Shown here in pieces: positions 17,288 to 28,133 of a DNA stretch of 64,000 nt (its first letter is position 1; every line of letters starts with the position of its first letter). The notes under the pieces are model-generated. The model searched no databases. It saw only the letters and a program-made list of their open reading frames with translations, and had not been told where the DNA came from. Location: NCBI GenBank assembly GCA_049323435.1, contig JBMOMX010000032.1, positions 18,555 through 82,554 of the forward strand, given 5' to 3'. The DNA comes from Pseudomonadota bacterium. GTDB lineage: Bacteria > Pseudomonadota > Alphaproteobacteria > UBA11222. The translations under genes and the position numbers were made by a program.

Positions 17288-17971
17288 GCGCGCGCCGAAG
17301 ATCGCGCTGCCAACACGCACATGCGTGGCGCCATGCTGGATGGCCGTTTCGAAATCCTCGCTCATGCCCATGCTGAGCTGGCCGAGCGCATTGCGCGCCG
17401 CAATTTGCGCCAGCAGATCAAAATGCGCCGCTGCATTCTGCCCGGCGGGCGGAATGCACATCAGCCCGGATATGTGCAAGCCATATTCCTGACGGCACCT
17501 GGCAATAAACCCGTCCGCCTCCTCGGGGGTCACGCCGGATTTCTGCGGCTCCAGACCGGTATTTACCTGAATGAACAGCGCCGGAGATCTGCCGCTGGCG
17601 GAAATTTCCTCGGCAAGGCGCCGCGCCAGTTTTTCCCTGTCCAGCACATGGATGGCGTCAAACAGCGCGACGGCCTCGCGCACTTTATTGGACTGTAACG
17701 GGCCGATCAGATGCAGCCGGGCTTCGGGATGTTGCGCGCGCAAGGCGGGCCATTTGGCGCTGGCTTCCTGCACCCGGTTTTCAGCAAAATCCTTCTGGCC
17801 CGCCGCCAGCGCAACCGCAATGGCGGCAGCTGAATGAAATTTGCTGACCGCAATCAGCGTAACCGTTTGCGGATCGCGCCCGGCCGCCTGTGCCGCGTGT
17901 ATAATCTGCGCGCGCACCAGCGCAAGATTTGCGCTAATATCCACTGCTGGGGAAGAAGGCGTCCGGGTCAT
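17282..17971 (-). CDS. yggS: YggS-family pyridoxal-phosphate-binding protein (PLP homeostasis)
   Basis: 229 aa; N-terminal ...VTLIAVSKFHSAAAIAVA...FAENRVQE and a C-terminal HVRVGSAIFG, typical of the alanine-racemase-fold YggS/PLPBP family. Confidence 0.8.
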   Translation of the reverse strand: MTRTPSSPAVDISANLALVRAQIIHAAQAAGRDPQTVTLIAVSKFHSAAAIAVALAAGQKDFAENRVQEASAKWPALRAQHPEARLHLIGPLQSNKVREAVALFDAIHVLDREKLARRLAEEISASGRSPALFIQVNTGLEPQKSGVTPEEADGFIARCRQEYGLHISGLMCIPPAGQNAAAHFDLLAQIAARNALGQLSMGMSEDFETAIQHGATHVRVGSAIFGARL

Positions 17972-18027
17972 GACAGGATTACTATTGCCTCGTTCCGGAT
18001 GACATTAGGAAATGGCCGCACAGATTT

Positions 18028-18645
18028 ATGAGATCAGCACGGACGCTAGCAGGCTTTGCCGCTCAACTCAATTGCGCCGCACGGCCTGAGGACACGCGGC
18101 CTGCACTGCCGCGCCTGTGGCTGCTAAGCGATGCGCAGCGCCTGCCGGATCCCGGCAGCGCCATCCAGCGTCTGCCTGCCGGTGCGGGATTTATCTTTCG
18201 CCATTATGAATATCATGGCCGCGAAAGCCTGGCGCGGCAACTGCTGCTTCTATGCCGCAAACGCCGGATAATTTTTCTGCTGGCGGGTGACTGGCGTATG
18301 GCGCTACGGGTGGGCGCTGACGGGGTGCATCTGCCGGAACAGCTCGGCCATCAGGCGCGCGCCATACGCAATGTCAGGCCCAATGCACTGGTAATGGTAG
18401 CAGCCCATTCGGCGCGCGCTATATCCCGCGCCTGTCAGCAGGGCGCAGACGCCATATTGCTGTCGCCGGTATTCGCGACCGCAAGCCATCCCGGCGCGGC
18501 GGCGCTGGGTGCGGTGCGGTTTGCAAAACTGCGCCACGGCGCGCACCTGCCGGTGATTGCGCTGGGCGGGATTAACCCGCACACGGCGCGGCGTCTGCGC
18601 GGAAGCGGCGCGGCCGGCATTGCCGCCATTGGCGGGCTGGCTTAG
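18028..18645 (+). CDS. thiE: thiamine-phosphate synthase-like (TMP-TENI family) protein
   Basis: 205 aa; LWLLSD...then LSPVFATASHPGA...LPVIALGGIN resembles the ThiE C-terminal phosphate-binding region. The start codon is uncertain. Confidence 0.5.
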   Translation: MRSARTLAGFAAQLNCAARPEDTRPALPRLWLLSDAQRLPDPGSAIQRLPAGAGFIFRHYEYHGRESLARQLLLLCRKRRIIFLLAGDWRMALRVGADGVHLPEQLGHQARAIRNVRPNALVMVAAHSARAISRACQQGADAILLSPVFATASHPGAAALGAVRFAKLRHGAHLPVIALGGINPHTARRLRGSGAAGIAAIGGLA

Positions 18646-18712
18646 CCTGGCTTGTGGCGCATATTTACTAAATCAATTTGTAACCCGGCTGGATCAGTCC
18701 CTTTGACATCTC

Positions 18713-18848
18713 GCTGACCCCCACCCCGGCCCTCCCCCTTTCAAGGGGAGGGAGTCTCCCAACGCAGCTTTTATATATTTATAAAAACCATTGTCAGCCC
18801 CAGAATTCCCTCCCCTTGCAAAGGGGAGGGCCAGGGAGGGGATCAGGT
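18713..18848. repeat. REP-like nested-hairpin element, family A, second copy with an AT-rich internal insert
   Basis: ctgacccccaccccggccctccccctttcaaggggagggagtc ... tccctccccttgcaaaggggagggccagggaggggatca; same arms as 6925..7022. Confidence 0.7.
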
Positions 18849-18918
18849 GGCAGTGCAAAACAGACCGGGTAAAGACAAAGCGCATGTCAGCCATTATCGA
18901 GGCTGACCACAAAATCGC

Positions 18919-20820
18919 CTAACCCGCCTTGCGGCTCATGGCGCGGAGTGAAAAATTCGCTTCAATATAGGTGATCAGTTGCGCCATACATTCCTCGATG
19001 GAATGTTTGGCGGTATCGAGCACCAGTTCCGCAGCCGCAGGTTCTTCATAGGGGGCGGAGACGCCCGTGAATTCCTTGATCTCACCGCTGCGGGCTTTTT
19101 TATACAGACCCTTGGGATCGCGGCTTTCGCAGGTTTGCACATCCGCCTTGACATAGACTTCGTGAAAACAGCCGGGAGCAGCGGCGCGCGCCCGGTCCCG
19201 GTCGGAGCGATAGGGCGAAATAAAGGCGGTGAGCGCAATCATGCCCGCACGCGCAAACAGCGCCGCCACCTCGCCGACGCGGCGGATATTCTCGGAACGG
19301 TCTTCCGGCGAAAAGCCCAGATTGGCGTTCAAGCCGAAACGGATATTGTCGCCATCCAGCACATAGACCGAATAGCCTTTTTCAAACAGACGGCGTTCCA
19401 GCTCCACCGACAATGTGGACTTGCCCGCGCCCGACAGGCCGGTAAACCAGATTACGCCGCCGCGATGCCCGTTCATGCGGGCACGTTCCTCATCGCTGAT
19501 GCCCTGTTCAACCCGGACAATATTAGTGGCGCGCTGGGTGATCAGCTGCCGCTGATCGGCATAGCCTTCCATGGAAATGATGCCGCCTCCGGCAATGTCA
19601 TAACCATCAACCAGCACAAAGCGCCCCGTAGCGGGTTTGTCATTGAATGCATCCAGAGCCAGCATGCGCCGCGCGCGCAATATGACTTCCGCCACCTGAT
19701 TGCGTTCGACAGATACAGGTTGTGACAAAGACAGATCGCCGGTATCGATCACCGATTCGATTTTTTGCACCTGCACCTGCACTTCGCTGGTGTTCAGTTT
19801 TAGCTTGTAACTTTTTCCGGTGATCAGCGGATCATGGCCAAGCCAGAAAAGACGTGCACGGAATACATCGGTTTCAATCGGCGCATTGCGGACATGGCTG
19901 ATTGTATCGCCGCGTTCCACAAAAATCTGTTCATCAAGGGTCAGTCCAACGGAATAACCCGCCAGCGCGCGCGAGGGAGAAGCCAGCGTGTCAGGCCAGA
20001 CCTCCAGGCTTTTGACCCTGGCGGTTTTATTGGAGGGTGAAAACAGAATTTCATCGCCCACCGTAACGCGTCCCGATTCGATGCGCCCGGCAATGATCCG
20101 CCGCTCGTCGAATTTATAGACATCCTGCACCGGCAGGCGCAGCGGCAGATCGCTGGAAAGCGGTTCCGATACGAAACAGTCAAGCGCTTCCACGACTGCC
20201 GGACCCGTATACCAGTCCATCGCAGCAGAACGCCGGGTCAGATTTTCACCTTCGCGCGCCGACACCGGCAGGATAAAGGTCGGCACTACTCCCAGATCAT
20301 TCAGATAGGAGCGGAATTCCTGCGCCACTTCCTCAAAGCGCTGCTGGCTATAGCCCACCAGATCCATTTTATTGATGGCCACCGCCACCTGGCGGATGCC
20401 CAGCAGATGCAGCAGATAGCCATGCCGGCGCGACTGTTCGCGCACGCCTTCCACCGCGTCAATGATCAGCAGCGCCGCATCGCTTTGCGCCGCGCCGGTG
20501 ATCATGTTTTTCAGAAACTCCTTATGCCCCGGCGCGTCGATGATCACATAATTGCGCTTCTCGGTATTGAACCAGATTTGAGACGTGTCGATGGTAATGC
20601 CCTGATCGCGTTCGGCCTGGAGCGCGTCCATAAGAAAGGCATATTCGAACGGCATGCCGCGCCTGTCGGACATGGCCCTGATTTCTTCCACCTTGCCCTG
20701 CGGCAGCGAATTGGTGTCATGCAGCAGCCGGCCCACCAGGGTTGATTTACCATGATCCACATGCCCGACAATTACGATACGCAATAGATCGCGCACTGCG
20801 GATTGAGAAAGTTGCGTCAT
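18919..20820 (-). CDS. cysNC: bifunctional sulfate adenylyltransferase subunit 1 / adenylylsulfate kinase (CysN-CysC fusion, NodQ-like)
   Basis: 633 aa. The N-terminus is a GTPase ([28 protein letters not shown]). The C-terminus is an APS kinase ([16 protein letters not shown]...YVLDGDNIR). Confidence 0.9.
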   Translation of the reverse strand: MTQLSQSAVRDLLRIVIVGHVDHGKSTLVGRLLHDTNSLPQGKVEEIRAMSDRRGMPFEYAFLMDALQAERDQGITIDTSQIWFNTEKRNYVIIDAPGHKEFLKNMITGAAQSDAALLIIDAVEGVREQSRRHGYLLHLLGIRQVAVAINKMDLVGYSQQRFEEVAQEFRSYLNDLGVVPTFILPVSAREGENLTRRSAAMDWYTGPAVVEALDCFVSEPLSSDLPLRLPVQDVYKFDERRIIAGRIESGRVTVGDEILFSPSNKTARVKSLEVWPDTLASPSRALAGYSVGLTLDEQIFVERGDTISHVRNAPIETDVFRARLFWLGHDPLITGKSYKLKLNTSEVQVQVQKIESVIDTGDLSLSQPVSVERNQVAEVILRARRMLALDAFNDKPATGRFVLVDGYDIAGGGIISMEGYADQRQLITQRATNIVRVEQGISDEERARMNGHRGGVIWFTGLSGAGKSTLSVELERRLFEKGYSVYVLDGDNIRFGLNANLGFSPEDRSENIRRVGEVAALFARAGMIALTAFISPYRSDRDRARAAAPGCFHEVYVKADVQTCESRDPKGLYKKARSGEIKEFTGVSAPYEEPAAAELVLDTAKHSIEECMAQLITYIEANFSLRAMSRKAG

Positions 20821-20832
20821 TTTGCCTGGTCC

Positions 20833-21639
20833 CTACAAATAGCCGTCAGCGCGCAGGCGCTCGAAACTGTCCTCAGCCTCATGATCCATGGCGCGGCCTG
20901 CGCGTTCGGATATATTCGTCGTCTGAAGTTCTGCTATGATTTCATCAATCGTGGCGGCCTGGCTATCGACCGGGAAGGTGATGTCTTCATCGCCAAGCGA
21001 GCGATAGCGTTTGCCGTTCTTTGTATAATACAGCCCTATTGTGGGTATATTTTCGCGCTTGGTATATTGCCATATATCCAGTTCGGTCCAGTGCAGCAGC
21101 GGATGGATGCGGATATGTGTGCCAGGCGGATAATCTGTTTTGTACTGATCCCAGAATTCGGGCGGCTGATCGCGAAAATCCCATTGGCCTTCCTGCCCAC
21201 GCGGGCTGAACACCCGCTCCTTTGCCCGCGTCGCCTGTTCATCGCGCCTGATACCGGCAATCAGACCGCTGAATTGTTCGCGGTCCTGTACTTTTTTCAG
21301 ACCGGCGGTCTTACGCGCCGCCGATCGCGCAGCGGCAGGCAGGCTGGGATCCATATCCTCCAGCGGCGGGCAGGTGTCGCGGATCAGGGTCAGATTCCAT
21401 TCTTTTACATAGCGGTCGCGGAATTCATACATTTCCTTGAATTTTTTGCCCGTATCAACATGAATGACCGGAAACGGCACATGGCCGAAAAACGCCTTTT
21501 TGGCCAGCCAGATCATGACATTCGAATCCTTGCCGAGCGACCACAACATGCCGATCTTATCGAGCCGGTTGAACGCCTCGCGCAGGATGAATACGCTTTT
21601 ATTTTCCAGTTGATCCAAGTGGTTCATTTTATTTTCCAC
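20833..21639 (-). CDS. cysD: sulfate adenylyltransferase subunit 2
   Basis: 268 aa; PAPS-reductase-fold ATP-PPase motif region SLGKDSNVMIWLA and the architecture of CysD/NodP. Confidence 0.9.
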   Translation of the reverse strand: MENKMNHLDQLENKSVFILREAFNRLDKIGMLWSLGKDSNVMIWLAKKAFFGHVPFPVIHVDTGKKFKEMYEFRDRYVKEWNLTLIRDTCPPLEDMDPSLPAAARSAARKTAGLKKVQDREQFSGLIAGIRRDEQATRAKERVFSPRGQEGQWDFRDQPPEFWDQYKTDYPPGTHIRIHPLLHWTELDIWQYTKRENIPTIGLYYTKNGKRYRSLGDEDITFPVDSQAATIDEIIAELQTTNISERAGRAMDHEAEDSFERLRADGYL

Positions 21640-21751
21640 CGATTTACAGGGGTACTTTTTATATTACGCTAAATATATGCAGTATTTTGGCCGGCCGGGC
21701 AATCAAAAACCGCAAATTTCCAATCCCCGGCCGGGTTAATCGCGCAACCGC

Positions 21752-22582
21752 TCAGGGCAGATAGTCAAAACGCGCCATTTGTTCGTGATGGGCTGCAACA
21801 ATCCGGTCTATCTGCTGGCGCGACAAATGGGTTCGCCATTGCTGTTTGCGGCCCGAGCGGAAAAATGCCTGGGAAAATTCGCTGCGTTCCTTGAAGCTGG
21901 TTTTACGTTCCTGCGTCTTAAGCACATCGAATGAAGAAAATTTTATGGCCCGCCGCAAGCGGTCATTTGGCGGTGTCAATCCCAGAAAATCCGCCAGCCT
22001 GCGGAAGCTTTTATTCGGCTTGTCGAGCATATCCTCATAACGCATCAGATGCAGGCCGGGATTTTCATGCCCGGTCCAGCTTTTGACATGGGTGGACCAG
22101 TCGGAATGAAATTCAGCCGCATGGGCCGCGCTGGTTTCGGTTGCGGAACTGGGATCGCCCAGCCGCTCGATTGCCGCATCCAGACTGACGCCAAAATGAT
22201 CCGCCATGGAAATCACCACATCGAGCGGATTGCGCACCACATAGATGGCGCCCGCCGTCACTTCCATATTGTGCAGCGGAATGCCGCAGCATTCACCCAG
22301 AAAATTATGGGTTTTGACAAACACCGAATCCGGAAAGGCCTGGGTGAAATCACGGTGCACGGCGGGGCGCAGCGCCATGATTTGCGCCATTTCCAACCCC
22401 TCAAGCGGGCGGCCGGCACGTCTGGCATACCAGGCACCGGCGGATTCGCCGATGCAGAAGCGGTCAAGTTCGTTGATAGAGGCCGGCTCGGGCGGGTTGC
22501 GCAGCAGATTGAACAAAAAAGCGCGCAGCCATGTATTACCTGACTTGGGATAGGAGGCGAGCCAAATGAGAGCGCCCATCAA
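21752..22582 (-). CDS. PAPS-dependent sulfotransferase family protein (NodH-like)
   Basis: 276 aa; 5'-PSB loop YPKSGNTWLR near the N-terminus and a 3'-PB-like region. First gene of the apparent sulfotransferase-cysD-cysNC operon on the minus strand. Confidence 0.75.
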   Translation of the reverse strand: MMGALIWLASYPKSGNTWLRAFLFNLLRNPPEPASINELDRFCIGESAGAWYARRAGRPLEGLEMAQIMALRPAVHRDFTQAFPDSVFVKTHNFLGECCGIPLHNMEVTAGAIYVVRNPLDVVISMADHFGVSLDAAIERLGDPSSATETSAAHAAEFHSDWSTHVKSWTGHENPGLHLMRYEDMLDKPNKSFRRLADFLGLTPPNDRLRRAIKFSSFDVLKTQERKTSFKERSEFSQAFFRSGRKQQWRTHLSRQQIDRIVAAHHEQMARFDYLP

Positions 22583-22619
22583 CCAAACCTGTCTGACTGA
22601 AACGGATCATTTCCGCCAC

Positions 22620-22650
22620 GAAAAAGGGCAGGCCATAGCCTGCCCTTTCA
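22620..22650 (-). terminator. Rho-independent terminator downstream of the porin gene
   Basis: agggcaggc-cata-gcctgccct hairpin; on the minus-strand transcript it is followed by a U-run (the A-run at 22620..22625 on the + strand). Confidence 0.5.
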
Positions 22651-22670
22651 TAATCTATTGCAAGACCGGA

Positions 22671-23882
22671 TTAGAAATCCAGCATCAGGGTAAGGGCCAG
22701 CGCCTTGTCTTCAATGCTGGCCGGGCTGATATTGCTGGCCGGTCCGGCAGCTTCGTCATCAGCAAAAGTCAGATCCGCGCTGATGGCCACTCCGGGTCCC
22801 AATTTATACTGGGCGCCGATATCAACCAGTTTAAGCTGATTGTCTCCAGGTGCGCCGCGTGTGCCATCCTGTTCGGAATTCATATAGGCAATGCCCGCCT
22901 GCCAGGGGCCGGTCGCATAGGTCACGCCGACATTCCAGGCTTCTTCGTTGCGGTCATCCCGGAACAGCGTGCCCGGACGGCCCGGAACCAGGCCGTCTGA
23001 ACCATAATAGCCCGCGCCCAGGGTCCAGCCCATGCTGGTGAAATTGGCGCCCAGGTGCCAGGCTTCCGGATCGTCGGAAATCGGCGAGGCAATGCCACGC
23101 CCTGCGGCAGTCAGGCCGAAGGATTCATGATCGCCCCAGGCATATCCCGCAGACAGTTTGATGCCGATATTCGAGAATTCGCCGACATAGCTGCCGCCCA
23201 GTTCGATAATATCTTCAACACCGCCATTGGCGTCGCTGCGCACGCCGAACGTGTTAACCCAGCCGGTTCCTGTTGCCGGATCCGAAGTGCCAAGACCGGC
23301 AGTGCCGGCAGTCGTGCCGCCGGCGACAAAGCCTGCACCAGCGCTGTCATTTGACGGGGTGTAGGACATGCCAAGCTGGAAGCCCGTCATGCGCGGGGTG
23401 AAATAGGTCACCTTGTTGGCGTCGCCCGACATTCTGATGCGGGTGGTGGTACGCGCGCTGAAACGCGAAATGTGCCAGAAAATCGGGGTGTCTACGCCAT
23501 GGGCGTCCGTCACATAGGGCGCGGTATAGGCCATTTTGAATGGCGCGCTGTCGGTGGAGCCGATTTCGCCGCGGCCCATGCCGCCTTCGAGATAGGCGAA
23601 CACTTCTTCATTGCCGAGCGCGGAACCGCCGATCTGTTCCTTGAATTCGATATTGGCGCCAACCGTTACGCCATTATCCAGCACGGTCGAGCCATTGACA
23701 TTAATTTCGACATCCTGCTTGACAGAGCTGTCGCCCGTGCCTGCCGCATCGTCATCATGCAGCACAAAAGCCGCATCGTAAAAGCCATTGATCTTCATAG
23801 AGATCGGGTCAGCGGCCAAAGCCCCGCCCATCATCAAGCCAGAGGCCACCAGTGCGGTAGTGCCATAAAGGAACGTTTTCAT
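22671..23882 (-). CDS. outer-membrane porin (alphaproteobacterial Porin_2-type)
   Basis: 403 aa; signal peptide MKTFLYGTTALVASGLMMGGALA, Gly/Thr/Ser/Ala-rich beta-barrel composition, and a C-terminal ...LTLMLDF aromatic terminus. Confidence 0.75.
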   Translation of the reverse strand: MKTFLYGTTALVASGLMMGGALAADPISMKINGFYDAAFVLHDDDAAGTGDSSVKQDVEINVNGSTVLDNGVTVGANIEFKEQIGGSALGNEEVFAYLEGGMGRGEIGSTDSAPFKMAYTAPYVTDAHGVDTPIFWHISRFSARTTTRIRMSGDANKVTYFTPRMTGFQLGMSYTPSNDSAGAGFVAGGTTAGTAGLGTSDPATGTGWVNTFGVRSDANGGVEDIIELGGSYVGEFSNIGIKLSAGYAWGDHESFGLTAAGRGIASPISDDPEAWHLGANFTSMGWTLGAGYYGSDGLVPGRPGTLFRDDRNEEAWNVGVTYATGPWQAGIAYMNSEQDGTRGAPGDNQLKLVDIGAQYKLGPGVAISADLTFADDEAAGPASNISPASIEDKALALTLMLDF

Positions 23883-24383
23883 ACTTTACCTCGTATTAAT
23901 TGGGTTAACCGCCGCACCCCGGAGCAGAACGACCGCCCCCAAAACCTGGAGCCATCCCTGCTGAAATCCGAAACCGTCAGAACCGCCAACATGCGGGGCA
24001 CCCGCTGCACCCGCCATTTCGCGGCCAATCTCGCAAACTGCACTGACTGGGTCAAGCGCTAACGCCTAAACATTTCCGGGCGCCCGCACAAATAGTTTAA
24101 CCTGTTGCTTGAACATCACATAAGCCCGGACATAGCCTTGTTTTTTGGCGGATTTCTTAGCAAACTGCCTGTTTATAAGGCATTATGAACAGATGTTTCC
24201 TTGCTCTATCACAGCGGCGCATGCCTGTGCCGCAAATCAGCGCCGGCATAATTACGCCACACTTTCATCGCAGTTAATTAGAAGCTAATGCTGTGCAAAG
24301 GTTGCCGCCTTTGCGGCTTGTCTTTATAAAGCGGCATCAGGATGGCAGCCTTTTTCACGCACAGCGTTGGAACCTGATTAATA

Positions 24384-24989
24384 ATGCTGTTGATTTGGTT
24401 AAATTCCGGTTCAGATAAGGGGAAGATCTTGTTACAGGCGGCGCAGAATTTACGGATTACCCGCTTCATTGTCCTGCTTTGCGGCGCAGCACTGCTGGCG
24501 GCGTGCGGCGGCGGCGATCCCGAATCACGTTATCCCGAAAAAGTCGGCAAAAACCGCTATGACCCGGCGCCATCAGGGGCCAGGCAGACTGAGGCGGATG
24601 GCCTGTTCGGACCGGGCGGCATTTTCGGCCTGGGCGGAGACAAGGAAAAAGATGGCGGCGGCGGCATCGGGGTTAACAGCTTTTTATGGCGGGCCAGTCT
24701 GGACACGATATCCTTTATGCCAATGTCCTCGGCGGATCCGTTTGGCGGCGTGCTGATTACCGATTGGTATATCAATCCGGCACATCCCAATGAACGCTTT
24801 AAAATGACGGTTTATATTCTGGACAAACGCCTGCGCGCTGACGGGGTTAAAGTTTCCGTGTTCCGCCAGGAAATGGGCCCGGGCGGGAACTGGGTCGATG
24901 CACCCAGCAATCCGGAGACAGGGGTCCGCGTGGAAAATGCCATCCTGACACGTGCCCGCCAGCTGCGTATTGATAGCGAGGCGGGTTAA
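24384..24989 (+). CDS. lipoprotein of unknown function (DUF3576-like, commonly upstream of leuS in alphaproteobacteria)
   Basis: Lipobox LLAAC after a hydrophobic core (RFIVLLCGAALLAACGGGD). The true start is probably the TTG or ATG around 24429..24450, not 24384. Confidence 0.5.
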   Translation: MLLIWLNSGSDKGKILLQAAQNLRITRFIVLLCGAALLAACGGGDPESRYPEKVGKNRYDPAPSGARQTEADGLFGPGGIFGLGGDKEKDGGGGIGVNSFLWRASLDTISFMPMSSADPFGGVLITDWYINPAHPNERFKMTVYILDKRLRADGVKVSVFRQEMGPGGNWVDAPSNPETGVRVENAILTRARQLRIDSEAG

Positions 24990-25025
24990 AGCTGCCTGAT
25001 CACCCCTGCGCGCCCGGAAATTTTT

Positions 25026-27617
25026 ATGTCACGATATAATCCCAAGCAATCTGAACAGAAATGGCAGGACCGCTGGCATAAGGCGCAGGCCTTTCGCGCG
25101 GTGCCTGATGCCCGTGAAAAATATTATGTGCTGGAAATGTTTCCCTATCCGTCCGGGCGGATTCACATGGGCCATGTCCGCAATTACACCATGGGCGATA
25201 TTGTCGCGCGCTACAAACGCGCCCGCGGATTTAATGTGCTTCACCCGATGGGCTGGGACGCATTTGGCATGCCTGCTGAAAATGCCGCGCGTGAACGCGG
25301 CGTGCATCCCGCCATCTGGACCTATGAAAATATCGCCACCATGCGCAGCCAGTTAAAGGCGCTTGGCCTGTCGATAGACTGGACGCGCGAACTGGCGACC
25401 TGCGATGCGCAATATTACGGCCATGAACAGCGGATGTTTCTGGATTTTCTGGAGGCAGGCCTGGTGACCCGGAAAGAATCCTCGGTCAACTGGGATCCGG
25501 TGGATGGCACCGTGCTGGCCAATGAGCAGGTCATTGACGGGCGCGGCTGGCGTTCCGGCGCGCTGGTGGAACAGCGCCTTCTTACCCAGTGGTTTTTTAA
25601 AATCACCGCCTATGCGGATGAATTACTGCTATCGCTGGACACGCTGGAGCGCTGGCCCGAAAAAGTACGCCTGATGCAGAGCAACTGGATCGGGCGTTCC
25701 GAAGGGATGCGGATACGCTTTGCGCTTACGGGGGCGCACGCCGCAAGCCTGCCGGGAGATGGCGTGCTGGAAGTATACACCACGCGCCATGATACGATTT
25801 TCGGCATGAGCTTCTGCGCCATTTCGGCGGATCATCCGATTGCGCTGGCGCTGGCGTCACGCGATCCGGCCATCGCTGCCTTCTGCAAGCAATGCCGTGA
25901 GGGCGGCGGCACGGCGGAAGTGCTGGAACGCGCGGAAAAGCTTGGATATGACACGCAATTAAAGGTACGCCATCCCTTTGTTGCGGGACGCGAGGTTCCG
26001 GTTTATATCGCCAATTTTGTGCTGATGGGATATGGAACGGGCGCTATTTTCGGCTGCCCGGCGCATGATCAGCGCGATCTGGATTTCGCCCGCAAATATG
26101 CCCTGGAAGTTCTGCCGGTTGTCGCCCCTGTTGGAGAGACAGACATCCTTATCATTAATGATGCGTATACGGACAATCAGAACGGGCGTATGGTTAATTC
26201 CGCCTTTCTGAATGGCATGGCCATCGCCGAGGCGAAATCCGAAGTTTCAAAACGCCTGAGCGCAATGGGCGCCGGCGAAGCGGCGGTAAGTTTCCGGCTG
26301 CGCGACTGGGGCGTTTCACGCCAGCGCTATTGGGGCTGTCCGATTCCGGTTATTCATTGCGCGGAGTGCGGTGTTGTGCCGGTGCCGCGCGATCAGCTGC
26401 CGGTCACCCTTCCGGAAGATGTCACATTCGACAGGCCGGGAAATCCGCTGGCGCACCATCCATCATGGAAACATGCGCCCTGCCCGAAATGCGCCAAGCC
26501 GGCGATTCGCGAAACAGATACCTTTGATACCTTTGTTGATTCGTCCTGGTATTTTGCACGCTTTTGCAGCCCGCATGCCGCCGTGCCGGTTGACCGCGCC
26601 GAAGCCGATTACTGGATGCCCGTCGATCAATATATTGGCGGTGTCGAACATGCCATTCTGCATCTGCTTTATTCGCGCTTTTATACCAGGGCCATGAAGC
26701 AGACCGGCTATGCAAGGGACAGCGAACCATTCAGCGGACTGTTTACCCAGGGCATGGTGACGCACGAAACCTATAAGGACCAGACCGGCGCCTGGCTGTT
26801 TCCCGAGCAAATTATCAAGCGCGATGGCGCCGCTGTGCACAAAGATACCGGCGCGCCGGTGCAGATCGGCAAGATCGAATCCATGTCCAAATCAAAGCGC
26901 AATGTGGTTGATCCCGAAAATATTATTGCGCATTACGGGGCCGACACGGCGCGCTGGTTTGTGGTTTCCGACACGCCGCCCGAACGGGACATTGAATGGA
27001 CCGAAGCAGGCGTTGAAGGCGCCTGGCGCTTTACCCAGCGCGTCTGGCGTCTGGTCAATGACGCCTTGACGCTGGTGCCGCCGCCCGGCGATGCGGTGCA
27101 AGGCGGGACTTTTGGCCCGCTCGGCCAGGCGCTGCGGCAGGCTTCGCATCAGGCAATTGCCGCCGTGACCGAGGATATTGAGCGGTTTCACTTTAACCGT
27201 GCTGTGGCGCGGATTTATGAATTATCCAATCATATCAACAGCTTTATGTCGCAGGGGACGGAGGAACCAGGGGCAGGCCTTGCATTGCGTGAGGCGCTGG
27301 AAAGCCTGATTCTGCTGTCGGCACCCATGATGCCGCATCTGGCTGAGGAATGCTGGGCCCAGCTTGGGCATACACAGATGGCGGTGGATCAGCCCTGGCC
27401 TGTCGCGGACCCGGAGCTTACCCGCACCGATACGGTTCTGGTCATTGTTCAGGTGAATGGCAAGCGGCGCGGTGAACTGAATGTTCCGCCGCAGACGCCT
27501 GCTGCCGAGCTTGAGGCCAGGGCATTGGCCCTGGAGGGGATCACCCGCCATCTGGAGGGGAAACCGGTGCGCAAGGTGATTATCGTGCCGGACCGGATTG
27601 TCAATGTCGTGGCATAG
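25026..27617 (+). CDS. leuS: leucine--tRNA ligase
   Basis: 863 aa; HMGH motif ([15 protein letters not shown]), KMSKS motif (SMSKSKRN), and an editing-domain insert. Confidence 0.95.
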   Translation: MSRYNPKQSEQKWQDRWHKAQAFRAVPDAREKYYVLEMFPYPSGRIHMGHVRNYTMGDIVARYKRARGFNVLHPMGWDAFGMPAENAARERGVHPAIWTYENIATMRSQLKALGLSIDWTRELATCDAQYYGHEQRMFLDFLEAGLVTRKESSVNWDPVDGTVLANEQVIDGRGWRSGALVEQRLLTQWFFKITAYADELLLSLDTLERWPEKVRLMQSNWIGRSEGMRIRFALTGAHAASLPGDGVLEVYTTRHDTIFGMSFCAISADHPIALALASRDPAIAAFCKQCREGGGTAEVLERAEKLGYDTQLKVRHPFVAGREVPVYIANFVLMGYGTGAIFGCPAHDQRDLDFARKYALEVLPVVAPVGETDILIINDAYTDNQNGRMVNSAFLNGMAIAEAKSEVSKRLSAMGAGEAAVSFRLRDWGVSRQRYWGCPIPVIHCAECGVVPVPRDQLPVTLPEDVTFDRPGNPLAHHPSWKHAPCPKCAKPAIRETDTFDTFVDSSWYFARFCSPHAAVPVDRAEADYWMPVDQYIGGVEHAILHLLYSRFYTRAMKQTGYARDSEPFSGLFTQGMVTHETYKDQTGAWLFPEQIIKRDGAAVHKDTGAPVQIGKIESMSKSKRNVVDPENIIAHYGADTARWFVVSDTPPERDIEWTEAGVEGAWRFTQRVWRLVNDALTLVPPPGDAVQGGTFGPLGQALRQASHQAIAAVTEDIERFHFNRAVARIYELSNHINSFMSQGTEEPGAGLALREALESLILLSAPMMPHLAEECWAQLGHTQMAVDQPWPVADPELTRTDTVLVIVQVNGKRRGELNVPPQTPAAELEARALALEGITRHLEGKPVRKVIIVPDRIVNVVA

Positions 27618-28125
27618 GCGCGACATTCTGACAGTGATTGGCGTCGGCCTGTTGGGCGGCTGCGGCTTTCAACCACTTTACGGGCAGCGCGCGCAAAGCA
27701 ATTCGGCGCCGGCGCAATTTTCCCAAATCGCGCTGAACCCGATTGACGGGCGTGCCGGTCACCATCTGCAAAACTATCTGATTGACCGTTTTTCGGCGCG
27801 TGGGGGTAATATCAAAAAAGCCTACCGGCTGGATATAGCCCTGACGGAGCGCAAGGATGGGCTGGCCATTCGGGAAGATGAATCCGTCACACGATTCAAC
27901 TATAGATTGTTGGGCACGGTGCGGTTAACCCGCATACAGGATCAGAAGATCCTGTATGAAACCAGCCTGCGGGCGACCTCTGCATTCAACGTCGTTGATT
28001 CCGAGTTTGCCACATTAAGCGCCGAGCGGGACGCGGAGGAACGCGCCGCCCGCGATCTGAGCGGAGAAGTGGTGACCCGTCTGGCGTTATATTTTCAGCG
28101 CAGCGCAGCGCAACCCCCGGCATAG
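27598..28125 (+). CDS. lptE: LPS-assembly lipoprotein LptE
   Basis: 175 aa; lipobox LLGGCGF. It lies immediately downstream of leuS and upstream of holA, the conserved leuS-lptE-holA arrangement. Confidence 0.7.
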   Translation: MSMSWHRRDILTVIGVGLLGGCGFQPLYGQRAQSNSAPAQFSQIALNPIDGRAGHHLQNYLIDRFSARGGNIKKAYRLDIALTERKDGLAIREDESVTRFNYRLLGTVRLTRIQDQKILYETSLRATSAFNVVDSEFATLSAERDAEERAARDLSGEVVTRLALYFQRSAAQPPA

Positions 28126-28133
28126 GGCCCTGC

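Noticed and set aside
20803-21672. 289-aa plus-strand ORF covering cysD
   Set aside because: Antisense to cysD, which has clear motifs. No features of its own.
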